Below are positions 1-14,200 of a stretch of 64,000 nt of DNA, in pieces. Source of the stretch: Phoronis australis (Eukaryota; Animalia; Phoronida); contig NMRA01000196.1 in the NCBI GenBank assembly GCA_002633005.1, forward strand, positions 418,824 to 482,823, written 5' to 3'. The number at the start of each line of letters is the position of its first letter. The first letter of the stretch is position 1. The position numbers and the translations under genes are program-made. The notes below the pieces were generated by a model. That model was not told where the DNA came from, ran no database searches, and saw nothing but the letters and a program-made list of their open reading frames with translations.

Positions 1-2188
1 TTGGTCATATTTACTTTTCATGTTTCGAACCTAGTTTTCCGAAAAAAATTAAACCCTTTCGTCAGACAACTCTTTGACGCCTTAACTTGTTCTCTAATGT
101 AATTTTCTACGTCTGTGTGGTTTAATTGTTGACACATTATTAAAATCCAATATCCAGGTTGGACTCGAAAGACCGGCTATTTAACTCACGCAATGTCTAC
201 TTTCGCTTTGTTTATCGCAGTGAGCCTCGCTTTGGATTTTAATGTCCGCCGCGTGAATAGAGTCTATGGATGGCTCGAGTACAGCAGTACCCACAGCAGA
301 ATCTAAGTACAAATATTCTTTCCCAAAATTTGATGGGCTGGTTCATGCCGTATGAGGGCACCTCTCGTTATCTGTCTTCTTTTGTGATTATAAACCATTA
401 CTGCCAAAAGACGACATGGATTAGCCCAAACTCCTAGAAGAACAAAGATGTGCTGAACATTTACCCATTTCAGTGATGCTAGTTAAAACACTAGCGTGTT
501 TCCTGGCACTTTCGCTAGCAAAAAGGCCAGTAATGTGAATGGTCACAAGGGTTACTTTTGCCAGTACTTTGCTGCTGGCTTTTTCCCTCTCTTAAGTTGC
601 TTGACTTCAAAGGACTCCCATGCGCCCTAAAAATACTACCTTCTGGATATTTAGCCTTTGCCGGCAGTTTCTCTAACAGTTTTGCCAGCATTTTCGACAG
701 TGAAACTGCTAGTTTTTTCGCCACTCATGTGAACCTAGTAATAGACTGTTAGTAAGGTTAGAAGGTGTAAACTGCTACAAAACATAAATAAATGCATGAA
801 TATGTGTTTGAATGGAAAGTACAAGAAATAAACAAACCAGGGCTAACATTGATTCATTGATCTTGTAGTAGAAGGAAAAGAAATGACCCACACCATAATC
901 AATGCTACTACAATCAATTTGATCACTAATGAATGGTGTCATTCTTCATTGTTTTACCTATGAAGTGGACACTGGTGGGACGGATCTTAATTAAAGGTGT
1001 TATTTGGTGACCCAGAAAATTGGAATGTTATACATCTGTTTTTGTTTCTCCAAACTGTCATGGATTTGTTAATCACCGTATGAATGACCCGATTGATTTT
1101 TGCACGTTGCGAACAAATCCCTGGTCAATAACGATGAACGTAGGTCTCAAATCATTCAGTTTGTCAAGTGTATTTCTCGTCAGTGTTTTTGAGTTACTGT
1201 GTTTACAGTAAAGTTCAGAATCTAAAAATATTTTATGAGGGCCTGGTCATACTTTCTGCTAGCTTTGGAGTTCCTTACAAAAAATCATTATGCATACACA
1301 AGCTCAAATTTCACAAATATTTTCCATTGCGCAGCTATCGTATAAATTAGGAACCATGCGTATGATTAGTTTATACAATGCACAACCCTATTCTTGCTAC
1401 GTACCTACGCAGTGCGCATAGTCAAGTGCACTGTGGATGGACCCAACGTATGTCGACCGCATGCCTGGCTCACTGGCACGCAATACGTCGGCAGTTGTTA
1501 TATTTGTTCACCATGCATTGTTTCTACACTGTTCGTGTACGCCAGGTATACATGTAACATACTTTGAGCCCATTTCAGGAGATCAGGGTATTGGATTACG
1601 GGCCGCTTATCCCACTCAAGAATAGTACTCATGCTGGGCTCCAGTAATGGGGACTGGTGCACTGCATGTTTACACCTTAGGACATGAGCACACATAAAAC
1701 TTAGGCAAAACGATTGAGATGCATAAGAGATGCTTAAAAATGGGCAGACTGTGTATGAAACAAATTTCATAAGGAATTCGGAAATGCAGAAGTGTGATAG
1801 AACCTTTGGATATTTCAAAGTAGCTAACTGGCCTGTTTGAGTGGAAGCTACTTTCTAAATACCACTGGAAAATGTGTAAAATCGTATTACTGTCTGTTGA
1901 AAATATATACTCTATCATTGTATTTCCAATGTAGTGTTTTTAATGAGGTCTCAGTTTTGCTACAAAGTGGGTCTAATCAATGTAAATAATTACCAGATTT
2001 CAAATTTCTTGAAAGGCGTATCTAATTCTTAGTGGTGTTTCGTAATTAATTAATCTTAAACCTAAATCATATGTCCACTTATATGCCATATGCACAGTTT
2101 TCTCAAGTGTTTAAAGTAAGTTCAAGCACTTGAAAATGGCATACTGTCAACCTGCTCCTAACTGGTTGTTCTCATTAATCCTTTTCAG

Positions 2189-2263
2189 TTGGAGATAGCC
2201 AATGGCCTACAAGAACAGGTGCACGCTCTGGTTCCCGTCACCGCCCACTGTCCCAGGTCTTCA
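2189..2263 (+). CDS. RECK: RECK exon (CC1 part): LEIANGLQEQVHALVPVTAHCPRSS
   Basis: ttttcag acceptor, gtaagt donor, 75 nt, phase 0-0. Aligns with human IFSSKSESRLKHLLQRAPDYCPETM at the H, L and CP positions, though identity is low. Confidence 0.8.
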
Positions 2264-5200
2264 GTAAGTTCACTTGCTTCTAAAGTTTCACACTGAGTGA
2301 CATTTTTTGAAGTACTAGGGTACATGGGCGGCGCACCATAGGGGTCTGGGGTGGGGCTATTGCCCCACTTTTTTCAGTGCGGCTTCGCCGTCCATGGTCT
2401 ATAGGCGGTGCACCACAGGGGGACTGGGGGGCTTTAGCCCCCATATTTTTCAGTGATGCACCTCCCATGGGGTAGCAAAAGATGAACCACTGTTCAGTGC
2501 ATGCAGCCTTTGAAAATATACAAGCCATGCTCACCACTGAAAATTGGTGATGACACTCTCATTATGTGATAGTTGCATTGTATCTTGTATCTGCTGAGAG
2601 TAAAGTTCGTAGTTTGAAGGAAAACAGTTACCTCGCAGAGGATAGAGAATGTGTAACATTACAATGTTTTTATACTTTGGTGTTCTTCGCACTTCTGCCT
2701 GTCTTTTACCAACCATTTCAAAGAACTTTACTCAAAAATTTTTAAAAAGCTTTGCATTTTGAAGTATAATCGTGACCTGTAACTATTTTTTGACATTCCA
2801 AATTCACCTGGTGTGAAATATGCGCCTTCATAAACATGGGGTGTGTTTCATCTTTCACTTGTGTTATTTTGCATGGTCTGTCTTTTCTCGCAAGGAAATT
2901 GCTCGTAAACACATCTAGGCTTGCTAAAGTAGAGTACATTAGCTAGCTCCCTCATTAGACCTACCTGTAATTAATACAAGCGCCGTTGTTATTAGTTGGA
3001 ACATTGTATGTTCACATGGTGTGTGCTGGGATTAAGTGTAGTCTACTCTTCTCTACATTAACACTGCACTCAATACTGGAAATTAAGCATGAATAATTTT
3101 TTATTTTTCAGGACTTGCACAAATATTAAGTTGTTGGTGTTAAATTTGATCAGTTTTCTTATGAATGTGAAACTGCGCTTGAGCTGAATTACCAGCTGAA
3201 GGTGATGTGCAGAACGGTTTGCCCGTTTATGCTCAATTGCTTGGGAATATAGTCATGTGGGGAAGACGGAGTTGTTTGAAAGGTTTTTGAACATCTCTAT
3301 AGATACAAGTTTTGTTGTGCGTAACATTTACTTATTCCATTAATTTGTTATTATTTACTACTCAACGGGGATTTTTACCTCATAAATGTTCCTATGGGTT
3401 TCTGTGAACTTAAACTTTACCACTGAAGTTGTGTTGGTATCACTATGTAGCATGAATGACTGGACTGAAGCGTGTTCAACAGAGTGAGCGCCTGCTAGCG
3501 TGTACTCGCGAACACAAGGAACAGCTCCTGAACAGCTGTGAGCGCTCACTGTGCGATCCAGTATGGCGACTCTGAAGCAGATCGTGTTGAATGTCTTAGC
3601 CGATGAGCTTAACACTAACAGTCCTTCCTATGGCGTACTGAGCGATAAATATGATTAATCTTTGCCAATAATTATTAATATCGGCAGCCCAAGACAACAA
3701 CCGTGAAGGCTTTGGCCCGACAAGAATCGAAAATTATGTCGAGGAAACTGTTCCTCGCTACAGCGACCCGCAATTTAAGTCGCAGTTTCGGATGAGTCGG
3801 TCAACTTTTGAGGTTAGTTTTCGTGTTGCAGAACCATAATGGGTTCATATGTTGCAGACGTGAAGCCCTCGCAGGACGCCATCTTGGAAATCTAAGCGAA
3901 CATGCTCTCGAGGTTGTTCGCGAGCGCTCGCGAGCGCTAACGTGAACACAGCTGTTCAGGACGAGGGCGCTCAAATCGCTCGCGGGCGCTCACTCTATTG
4001 AACACGCTTCAGGTTTGATCAATCACCAGTGCTGGTAAAGTTTACATGCCACACATTGAGGAATTGTTTTCTTGTCTCAGATGGGGTGTCATTCATTGGT
4101 TAAATGGGATGATTGAGGGTCTGACTGCTTTACTGGTCAATTGCATATGTTAGACATCTCATGTTCTGGAGTTCTACAGGCAGATATAGCACAGAGCACA
4201 CATTTTGAGTCCTTGACCAGTCGAAAAAATACCAGAATAGAGTGGTAATTTTTAGCAGACTGCCAGCTTCAGACTTCACTGGCGACTAAATTGGTGACTT
4301 TAATACAAACTTTTACTGCTGACACTTGTATTCCATTCACAAACTGGCAAAAATGTTAACACTTTCACTAGTCTTGTGAATGCCACTTTACCATTAGACA
4401 AATCTTACACTAAAAGGATTTGCATGCAATTGAATGAGAAAGCATGCTCTGTCCATCTCAGAATATCCAGCGAAGTCCTCGGCACATCAAAGGCTTGATG
4501 GCACCACCACAGATTGAATTTAGCTAGTCGCTTATTCATGGGGTTGGCTGAACATGCCGGATGAGATAATTGCGGTCATAATCCAACATGCCTGTTTAGA
4601 ATTTCAAAGTAAAAAAATGAACAATAAGTAAGGCAAACACCAAACATGACTGTTTTTAAAATTGAAAAGTAAATAGTAGCCATCTTTAAATTTTTTAAGT
4701 CGCTGCAAGAGAAATTAGCGAAACGTTTTCCTCAGCGCTGCGGCTAAACAAAAGCATTAATTTGTGAATCAATTAGGGCGGGTGGCAGAATCTGGCTTAG
4801 GTTCCCTGAGGCGTTGGGGTAACAAAACCCCAAGTTTTAGCGTAGGAGTTGTCTCATGCTGGCGGTTTGAGTTGCCCCAAAGCTGGTGGTGTTTTCGCAA
4901 GCACTTTCGTAGCCAAACCGCTTCAATGAAGGACACGACTATGCACAAGGATGAGAGACCTTTTTATCATCGTATTAATGAACTCGTAAACTCGTAATTG
5001 CCGACTGAGGGCATTTCTTATCCATGTCGGCCGTCGAAGCAGTGACAATTGGCTCTAGCACGCTGTTCATTGCTTGTCTTGCTTACAATTTTCTAGACGG
5101 ACGTTTGCCAACTCGTTTCTGACAGTTGCCCAAAAATTAGTAACCTACAAGTATTTGGTCCAGATTGTTTCTCAGTCCATGTGCTGAAGTCCTTTTCCAC

Positions 5201-8200
5201 CATAGAGGATATAACAGTCTCCATGGGAGCTTTTTGTATGCTTAATTCTTGTTGAGAAAATTGGTATTAGATGGTCTGACACAGATAGGCCATTACTCTT
5301 GATGTTATCTGTCATTGGAACATGAGTGAGCTGGGCTTATCCCATAAGTTCTAACAGTTTATGGAAAAATGTTTGGGGTCAAAATACCATCTCTACCAAT
5401 AGACATTAATGGGTATCAAAAATACAAACTGTTAAATAATGCGATATGGATTATAAGTCTGAAGTGCTGGACATTTCAGTTCTCCACTATGAGAAACTGA
5501 AAAGTGTGGTTCTTTGGCCATTTGTTCCCCATTTCTGACAGAAAACATGTGGCAGCCCTCAGAGGATTCCCAATGTTTATGTTGCATGCTGTACTCCCCA
5601 ACACCCTTTGAACTGAAACATCAACTTGGCTGCCTCACAGTTTATGCCTCTGATATACAGGTTTTAATGAAAACAGCCAGAACAAGTGTAAATAAATCAC
5701 TTAAAACCTGCCCGTTTGCCATCTCATGAGTTCTTTTGGCTAGTTTGGTACATGACTCACATTATTGTCTTCAATCCTTTCAAATCCTCATATTTTTATC
5801 AAAGCCACTTTTATAAATTTCTATTTTTGATGAGAATAAGTTGTATGAGAAGATAATGAGCATGCAGTTAATAGTATAGGTCATCAGATTGGCTAGGAAT
5901 GCTGTAGTTTGGGCCAATAGTGAGGTTCTGTTGAGAATATGACCCTCAGAAATTTGGTGGATGTGAGATGTTGCATATTTCAAGGTATTGTAAGCAATAG
6001 TCATTTGTGACTTAGTATAGTAGGGTAAAGTCTCACCAATTTCAGACAAACGTATTTACCAAAATTGTCCTAAATCCGACCACATATGTATATGTTGGCG
6101 ATCTTATCTGTTGAGCATCTAAGCTACTGAATCTCTAAAATCCATTGGAATTGGGATTTTGAAAGTTGGCATCTGGATTTTTATGACAACAACTTTTGGA
6201 CGAATCCGACTCCACCATGGTCAGCCCCCTAATGGTAATTTTATTATTCTACATTTACTGCAGTATTTGTGGATTCTTTCAATAGATTTTCAAGACATTT
6301 GGAAATTAAGTTTTTATTATTGAAATGACGATGGCTTCTCATTCTCAGTGTGTCTGTTGTATTCTGTGCCACCTGGTGGCCATTTTAATGATATTGAACG
6401 CCCCTAGATGAGCACATCTTTTTGGTACAGTTGGCAAGTAGGTGGGCTCATTTCAACACTTTGCATTTCTCTTATTTTTTATTTTTCACTCAGCAAACTG
6501 CTTAAAGTATCATGAGAGGTGTTCCTGCTGATTGGACCATGGCTGACTTGCCCTAAAGGCCCTTTCATATTGACTAAACTCCAGTCTGAGCGGAGCGTCG
6601 ACATAAACAGCGCAGTTAACTGGACTGTTCATACTGGCTTCGGTAGCAAAGGGTTGGTGACGCTGACATCATCGAAGTTATCGTAAGGTAGCGCTGCACA
6701 CTAAGATTTTTTTCAATGTGACAATTTTGGAACATTTAAATGTGCTAAATGACATTAAACTCATTTTTAAATCGATTGGTTTCATTAGAGCAAAAAATAA
6801 GTAGTTATTAGTGACAGCACTACTCTGTAACTGTTGACGATAACAGTGGCACCTGGCGATAACTTCGATTGGACCGGAGTTAAGCGTTCATACTGCCCTG
6901 CAGCGTCGACGCTGCGGTCTTAAATCCACTTGTTAACTGCAATGTTAACTGGAGCTGTTAACTGCGATCCAGGACCGGAGTTAAGCGTTCATACTGACCG
7001 CAACTCCCCAAACCATCGACGCATCGATGTTAATATGAAAGGCCCTTTAAAGGCTGTTTGCTTTAAGTTGTTCCCTTTAGTGCGAATGTTTAAAATAATT
7101 ATCTGCAATGTATCCTGTGCACATAGTGGATGCATATTAAAGCTCTTTGTGGCACTCATTTCATTTTAAGAAGACCTCAGGTTGATGCGAACAATTTTGA
7201 AAAACAGTCAGATGGAAGCTTGATGGTAACTTTTCATTGATAGTACATTAATTCAATGAGCACTTATCGCACTAATGTGATGAAAAAATGAGACAATAAA
7301 ATTTCACTTGTCCATCCTTAATATGCCCTAAATTGTCCAGAGTGTTGCTGGATGAGTTCACTTTTCTTTATTTAATCTGACTGCCTTGTCAGGTTCGAGC
7401 AGAGATTTTAGACTCAGAATTACATAAGCGAAGGTGTTTAAATAAGGTTTGTTCATTAGATTTAGATAGTTCTCCCAATATTTACCTTGTGAAATCTCTG
7501 GCATTTGTTTGAAGGAGTTAGCTTATCAAGAAATACAGGGGTTTTAAGTCTTAATGGTTGCAAATTGTTGTCTCAATAAGCATGTTGAAAATATTACTGA
7601 CATCTGAAATTGCTTTTCTGGTTGGGGTCATATTAGCGTATTAATCGCATAAAATGTTGTTTATTGGTTTTCGCATGGTGTAAACATCTTGAACCACTCA
7701 GTATGGGAACTCCAATTTTGATATTTCTGTTCTTCAAATATTTAGTTTGAGTACAAGTTTTTTTCTTATCAAGAATCCAGTTAAAACAATTTCATGGGAA
7801 TGTTAGTAGCCAGTCCTGAAAGTTGATGATGGATTTGCTGTTAAACAATGTAAACCAGTGTTGAAAACCAACAGTTGGACTTCCCAAGCAATGCCATCAC
7901 GTTCTTGTCCACTCCTTTGCTTCAATTCTATTTGGTTACATTAAAACACCCACCTTATTTAAGCTGTACTGGCATTTGGACATAACTTTGTGTACGAGAG
8001 TTATTTTGATTTGGCTGCAGTTGACATGTTTTCCTCCTTTGACGATGATAACGATGTGAAATTGTGTTTTCTCCCTAAATCTGATGGCTTTACCTAATGT
8101 CTTGGATCTGGTAATCACAGTTGGAAATGGTCTAACATCTGCGGGATGTGTGAACCAGGAAACTGTTCAGCCTTATGAAAATACATTAAATTTGATTAAA

Positions 8201-11200
8201 TCTGGAGTCGTTAAATGTGGCAGAAAAACTATGATTTCAGCAGTGGCGGATAAAACTATGACATAATCATGGAAGTGAATTGATGCACTTCCTGTCACTA
8301 AGTATTCAATGTTATATTGCAAGGTTTCAAAATCCAATATTTTATTTCCCAGACTATATTTGTTGTTCATGCCGTTACCATCATTGTTTTGTCTTGCTAT
8401 TTATCTCACGCTGCACTTGTCCACTGAAACTTGGTTTTAATTCTGATATATTTCTAGATAATCAACAAAACTTGATTGATGTTGCTTCCCCTTTCCTATT
8501 AAAATTTGAACTGGGTTGATTTAGATAGAAATTATTGCAGCCAGCCCTTGGCTCAATGGCTTCTGCAGCCTGTGCCATGACAATAGCTGTTTTATGACCT
8601 ATTGATGACAGTTTTGTTACTGTTTTACAGCTGTTTTAGTACAGAGTAATTTGTCAAGCCCTACAAGGTGCTGGTTTCAATGACATTTCAACATGTGTGG
8701 TGCCTCATACAATTGTGACACAGCATTGGCAGAGATTGAAGTATACTTATAATTTCATGTAGGACGTCTGTTGTTAGATTCAGTGGGATGAGCAAATGAA
8801 AAACCAATTGTAGGAATTTTGTCCAAGCTTATGTTTTTAAGTTTAGTTTCTGTCTCCTCAGAAATTTGAGAAATAACATTAGGACAGCATCCATAGGCGG
8901 ATTTAGGGGGGGCACACAGCGCATTCGTAACGGAACTATGGCTAAGTATAGGCTCTCCCGCGATATCCCAGGCGACCGGCAGTGGCGCTGCGCACTACGA
9001 CTCCGTTTTCGTCGTCTGCTCCACTGTGCAATGAAGAAAATTTACTTCATTTTTTAAAGAGAATGGAACCTGAGTGACGATGAAAAAACAGAAGCTGCTG
9101 GTAAGATGTGAATTTTAATCGAAGCCTTAGTGAATCACTCAGAAACTCGCAATACTCTCTTTGTCAAACCTTATCTTAAGACCATTTCCAAAGCAATCCC
9201 GTCATTATTGCCAACACGAAAAACGGATTTGGTCTTTTGGGCATTTGAAGACTATTTTAAATACGACAAATTTGTTAAGAATTCATGGCACAAAATATAA
9301 AACGTGTAATAAGCATTACGAAAAGAAGGAGGTTTCGCGCGCAAACGCTGTGGACCATAAACAAGTAGGTCTTTTAGTATGAGTTTATTCGTTAAATCAT
9401 GGTGGTGTAGTGGTCACGCACGCGCTCTCTAACCGCCAGGTCGTGAGTTCGAGTCTTTGGTACGTTCAGTTTTCCTGTTTGACACGTTCTCTGTTTTTTT
9501 TTTCTTGAATAATACTTCAGGAATCAAGGAAAATGCTTGATTTTTAGAGGTAAAAACAGAAAAATAACCCCCCCTCCCGACCTCCCCCCATTCGGTGCTA
9601 TGCGCATCTACAATCGTGGGTCAGTTTGCGCAAATGCTTACAGCCGGACAAAATGTTGGGACCCCCCTTGTGATATCCTAGATCCGCCACTGGCATCATC
9701 TGTTACATTTCTTGAGCAAGAAATCTTTGTAATGTTTTAAGTATCTTGCTTGACCATGAAAAGCAAAGCTTATCTATATTATGTTTCACTAAGTCACTTC
9801 TAAATGGGCTATTATGTACTTCTGCAGAATTCAAAGTTTTACATGCATTGGCTTGGTTAACAGTCTGCATGAGTGCCCTACAGTGTGTTGAAGGACAAGT
9901 TGCACACTGTGACCTAAACAAGGTTTTCATGTTGGTCTTCTGTTTTTTAAAGTGCCGTTTACCTTAATTACAAAGTTGACACGGGATCAGCTGACAGGGA
10001 ACAAGTTGTTCCAGTGTGTAAACTGACTGATAGTGCACAACTGGGGTGACAAATTTTTGCCACCCATTTGTGAGGTAGAGTAAATTGTGCCCAAACATCT
10101 TGCGCCCTGTCAATTGTAAGGCGGAAAGGATCATCTCTCATGCTACTGCGCTTGTGCAATGACCTACATATGGGTTCTTTGTATCTGCAACTCTCGTCAT
10201 TTGTAAACCTGCGCTTGTGCGATCCAGTCTCTCCAGCCTTTAATTTCCGTCTTGCCACAGTTAGTGAGTTGTACATGTAAACGGCTGCTTGACACGGGTC
10301 AATTTGATGGTTTTCATTTCTTGCATTTTTCTACAAATGAGTGACTATTTGTTGACTGTAGTGAGGGGCTCTTTTGTTTGCATAATCTTTCAGGGATATT
10401 CCTGACCATGTTTGAACCTGTGCCCTTTGGGCGTACCTGATGATAGAAAGTGCAACTTTTTCAAAAAGTTGTGCCCAGCAAACTTACTGTAATTTAAGTG
10501 GTACCGTGAAACAGAGCGTTTTAAAAGACACGCCTGAGGGCCGCATTGTTGCAATGTACAGCACTTTAGCCTTTTTATATTTAAAATGCTAATGGCGCAA
10601 AGGCAAGGTCCAGGAAGATCACTGATCTTTGGTAGCTAACTAAAATTGATATTACTCTTTTTTCCGATATTTGACTTTCGCATTTCTTTTGGTATTTGTT
10701 AAAAGTTGTTGGGTAAACCAGTTGTGTTCTTTCTTAGGAGTCTTGATGTGTTGCCATGTCTCTGGGCGATATTCATAGCTATGTGTGTAGTTGGTACATG
10801 TCCTAATGATTAACTGTAAATGTTCGGCAGTTCATGTTATATAATGTGAAGAACTTTATGTTGACAAATGGGGCACTTCTTTTTTTAAATTACACTCAAT
10901 AATTTGTGCCAATTCTATTCATGGTTCGTGCACTACCTTTTTCAATGAATTATGACAGAAATGACATTCCTAATGGAGACATGTGTCTTGAAGATACAAA
11001 CCTTACATCATCATTGATCATTCAAAAGACCTATGTGTAACTTGACTGAATCATGAGAAGTGATGTCTTTCATAAAATAACTATTTGTATTACTGCATGC
11101 ATGTGTGGACTGTCTGTCTATCAGTCTTCAAGGGCTCACTTGAACATAGGTATGTGGCTACTGAATTAAACCAATTAAAATTACCCTAACTTAACAAATT

Positions 11201-14200
11201 TGGTGAATGATCATAAAATTTGACCTATGTTCCCAGAGGAGACTGTGTTTGCCAACATTGATTTTGGCATTTTGAACAAGATTAACTACTTTGCTCCTGG
11301 TGGCAGTTTTACTTTTGCCCATCCCTCATTATCTACCTTAAAGTTTTGTGAAGTATTGTCATTGATTTTGGCTGTGTGTTACTGTTAACAGGAAGGAGTA
11401 ATTTAAAGCTTTTGTTGACCTTGGTGTGAATAGGATGACGACTGCCCCCTTGTCTTGTACCTTAACAGGCATGGTGTATAGGTGGAATGCACCAGCACCA
11501 GTTGACTGTGGGGTATCTTATTGTAGCTACATGTGCCAAATTAAGACTACATTACACAAAACTTACACTCCTTGACTCATGTCTGGGGTGCAGTCATGCT
11601 TTCTATGACTAGTGTTGCTCTTGTGTTTAGTATTCATTTAACATTTTATTTTGTTTTTATCTTGCAGACACAGCTGTGGCGATGTATCAACAATACTTAT
11701 CCAAGTGAGTGCTTGTCATTTCAATATTTGTCATTTTCAAAATATTTACATTTAAGGGTTAGCAATATCTTGTTGGTAATAAGTAAATATAGTGAAAATT
11801 AAGTGAGTCATTACTATGATTACAACTGCATAAATAAATTAAGTCTAAAAATGTTACTGTCCAGATAACGGAATTGAAGCTAGGTAGCACTCTATACAAG
11901 AGTCCTGCTCAGACCCTCAGTGCCTGGCATCTGAGTGGTGTCGTGGCAGCTCAGGTCAGAATGCAAGACTTCCCCTGTGTTTGATTCATGTGTCTGATTT
12001 TCAGAATAAATTTATAGATGTTTGAAATCATTGAGGCATTTCTTTCACTGTTCACCTCTTGTTGAAAACAATTGTGTTGATGGTAATGGTGCCAATGGCA
12101 AACGGGAAGTGGAGAATGACAAAGATGGAACTGCTGTTCAACAACCATAGTTACAGTGGACTTGAACTGAATCATTTTGATTTCTTGAGTTTCATTTCAA
12201 TCCTTATAATGTTCTTTCACTGAGCTTGTTTAAATATGACTGCAAGATTCTTAAATTGGCTGAAGAAAATAGTGTGATTTTGGTGTTGATGGTAAAAGTA
12301 TAGAGTAAGCCAAAATTTTTTATTGTGTTTTTACTTCTCAGCTTTAGATTCAGCATTTGTTTAATTGATGCCTGGCTGTTGATGATGGTTATGTAATGGC
12401 AACTGACAATTTGCAGCGATGTCTTCTGATCAGACGCTGGGTCAGCATGTGACCATAGTGCTGTGCTCTTTGCCAATGGGTTCCATTTGCTGCCCGAAAA
12501 CTCTTTATTGGTTCATTTAACTGCATAAATGCAGACTTAAGTGCCGTTCCCATGCGAAGTTTAGTGGAAGTAATTAGTATTAGTGTTTCAGCTAAAATTT
12601 AATCGGAAACCGTTTTGCGTTGGGTCACGGTATTCTGAATTGAGACAAATTTGTCTGGACTAGTACCAGTAAATTTGGTCATGAGTTATGGTTTGTTAAG
12701 TTGACAGTTAAACATTTGGATTGAATCTGTATCATATAAAAACACTGGTGGTGACTTATGTGTGGTAATTGGGCTGTTTGTAGTATACCGTCAATGCCTA
12801 GAACTGGTTTTTAGGCAGTCATCAGAAATTAATCCTGTTACTTTTTATGTGAAGTATTTTCGGGACTTTGAAATACATTCGAACGCAGCTATAATGAATT
12901 TTGAGTTAGCTGCAGTATCAGAAGCTGACTGAAACCATGATGCTGCGAGGCCATAATTATAGCCAGTCTTGTGCTATAGTTATTGAAAATCAGTGCATTA
13001 CTGTATATCAAAACATATTAAATTCAGATAATTGTCTGAATGACAAAAAGTGTATTCTATCTAACAACAGTAAAATGGATTTGTTTACTAATCTTTGGTA
13101 TTTCCCTAATTTAGAGAACAACTATAATTCACATACTTGTCCCTGGTCCAATATAATAAAAAGGTCAATTATTTACCCTGAAGCTAAAATTTTAAGTAAT
13201 TCCTACATGACACACATTGATCACCGCAGGGTAAATGTCAATGTCAATCAAGCTTCTGAGCAGCCTTGGTTCACCAATCAACTGATTTATTTTCTGTGCC
13301 ACAATGTTTTTCAGTTTTTCTATTGATTTTTTTGTTTTTGCTCAGCATATTATCCAGAGTTGGTGGTGGTGCTTTGCAGTGTTTCTGTTTCTATTAATGT
13401 TGTTTTTATTATTCTTTTTATTACTGTTATCATTATCAGTGCTACGGGTGTGATCTTTCTTGCACTTAAAGAAGAGGTAGGTAACTTAAGAACGTCCCCT
13501 ATGTCATTGATGCTGTGATTGCTCTACTCAGGGCAACTGGTGCATTCAAGTTTGTGTGAACAATCACATATAAAACATGTTTTTCTTGCTACAGAATTGT
13601 TTTCTATAATGTGATTCTGACACAACACTGTGGAACAGTTTATCTCGACAGTAAATAGAGTGTCACACAACCAACACGGGTACAACAAATTACATGTCAC
13701 ATAACGTACTGGGATAGCAGTAAAAATCTGACAGCAGTCAGATACCATCATCAAAATATAAAATTCCAAAAGGTTCTAAACTGATCCATGGATTTGAGGC
13801 TGTGTGGATCAATTGTTCCATGCCCAACTTCCTAAAATGACCCCTGACTAGTAACCTTGTTCATCACCACTTGATATCACATGCAGAGCATTATCACTGT
13901 CAAAATGGTTTTCTTCTCCAATGAATAACGGATATGTTTGAGTTACCATGATATGTGTAGGGCTCCTAATGGATAGTGCCCTTGGCAAATTTACGCTAGA
14001 CCTGTGACAAGCTTACAATTTTTCCACCACTGTTCTGTTAACTTTGAAAATCTGGTATCAATAAAAACAGGTGTTGGCTCCAGTCATACCAAAATACAAC
14101 TAGCACTGCAGCCGAGACCTACAATTTTCCAAAGTCATATGATTGGAAGTTCACCAGAATTATACACACCCATAGATCATTGCTCCAGCAAATTTTAGAC

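Noticed and set aside
991-1680. Kolobok-like element starting TTAAAGG
   Set aside because: No matching CCTTTAA right end could be identified.
1-2188. RECK signal-peptide exon and first CC1 exon
   Set aside because: I found no spliceable segment encoding CC..C...C or a signal peptide; these exons are probably upstream of the window.
9401-9460. Functional tRNA gene
   Set aside because: A and B boxes are present but I could not fold an acceptor stem or a clean anticodon arm, and it lies inside a transposon.
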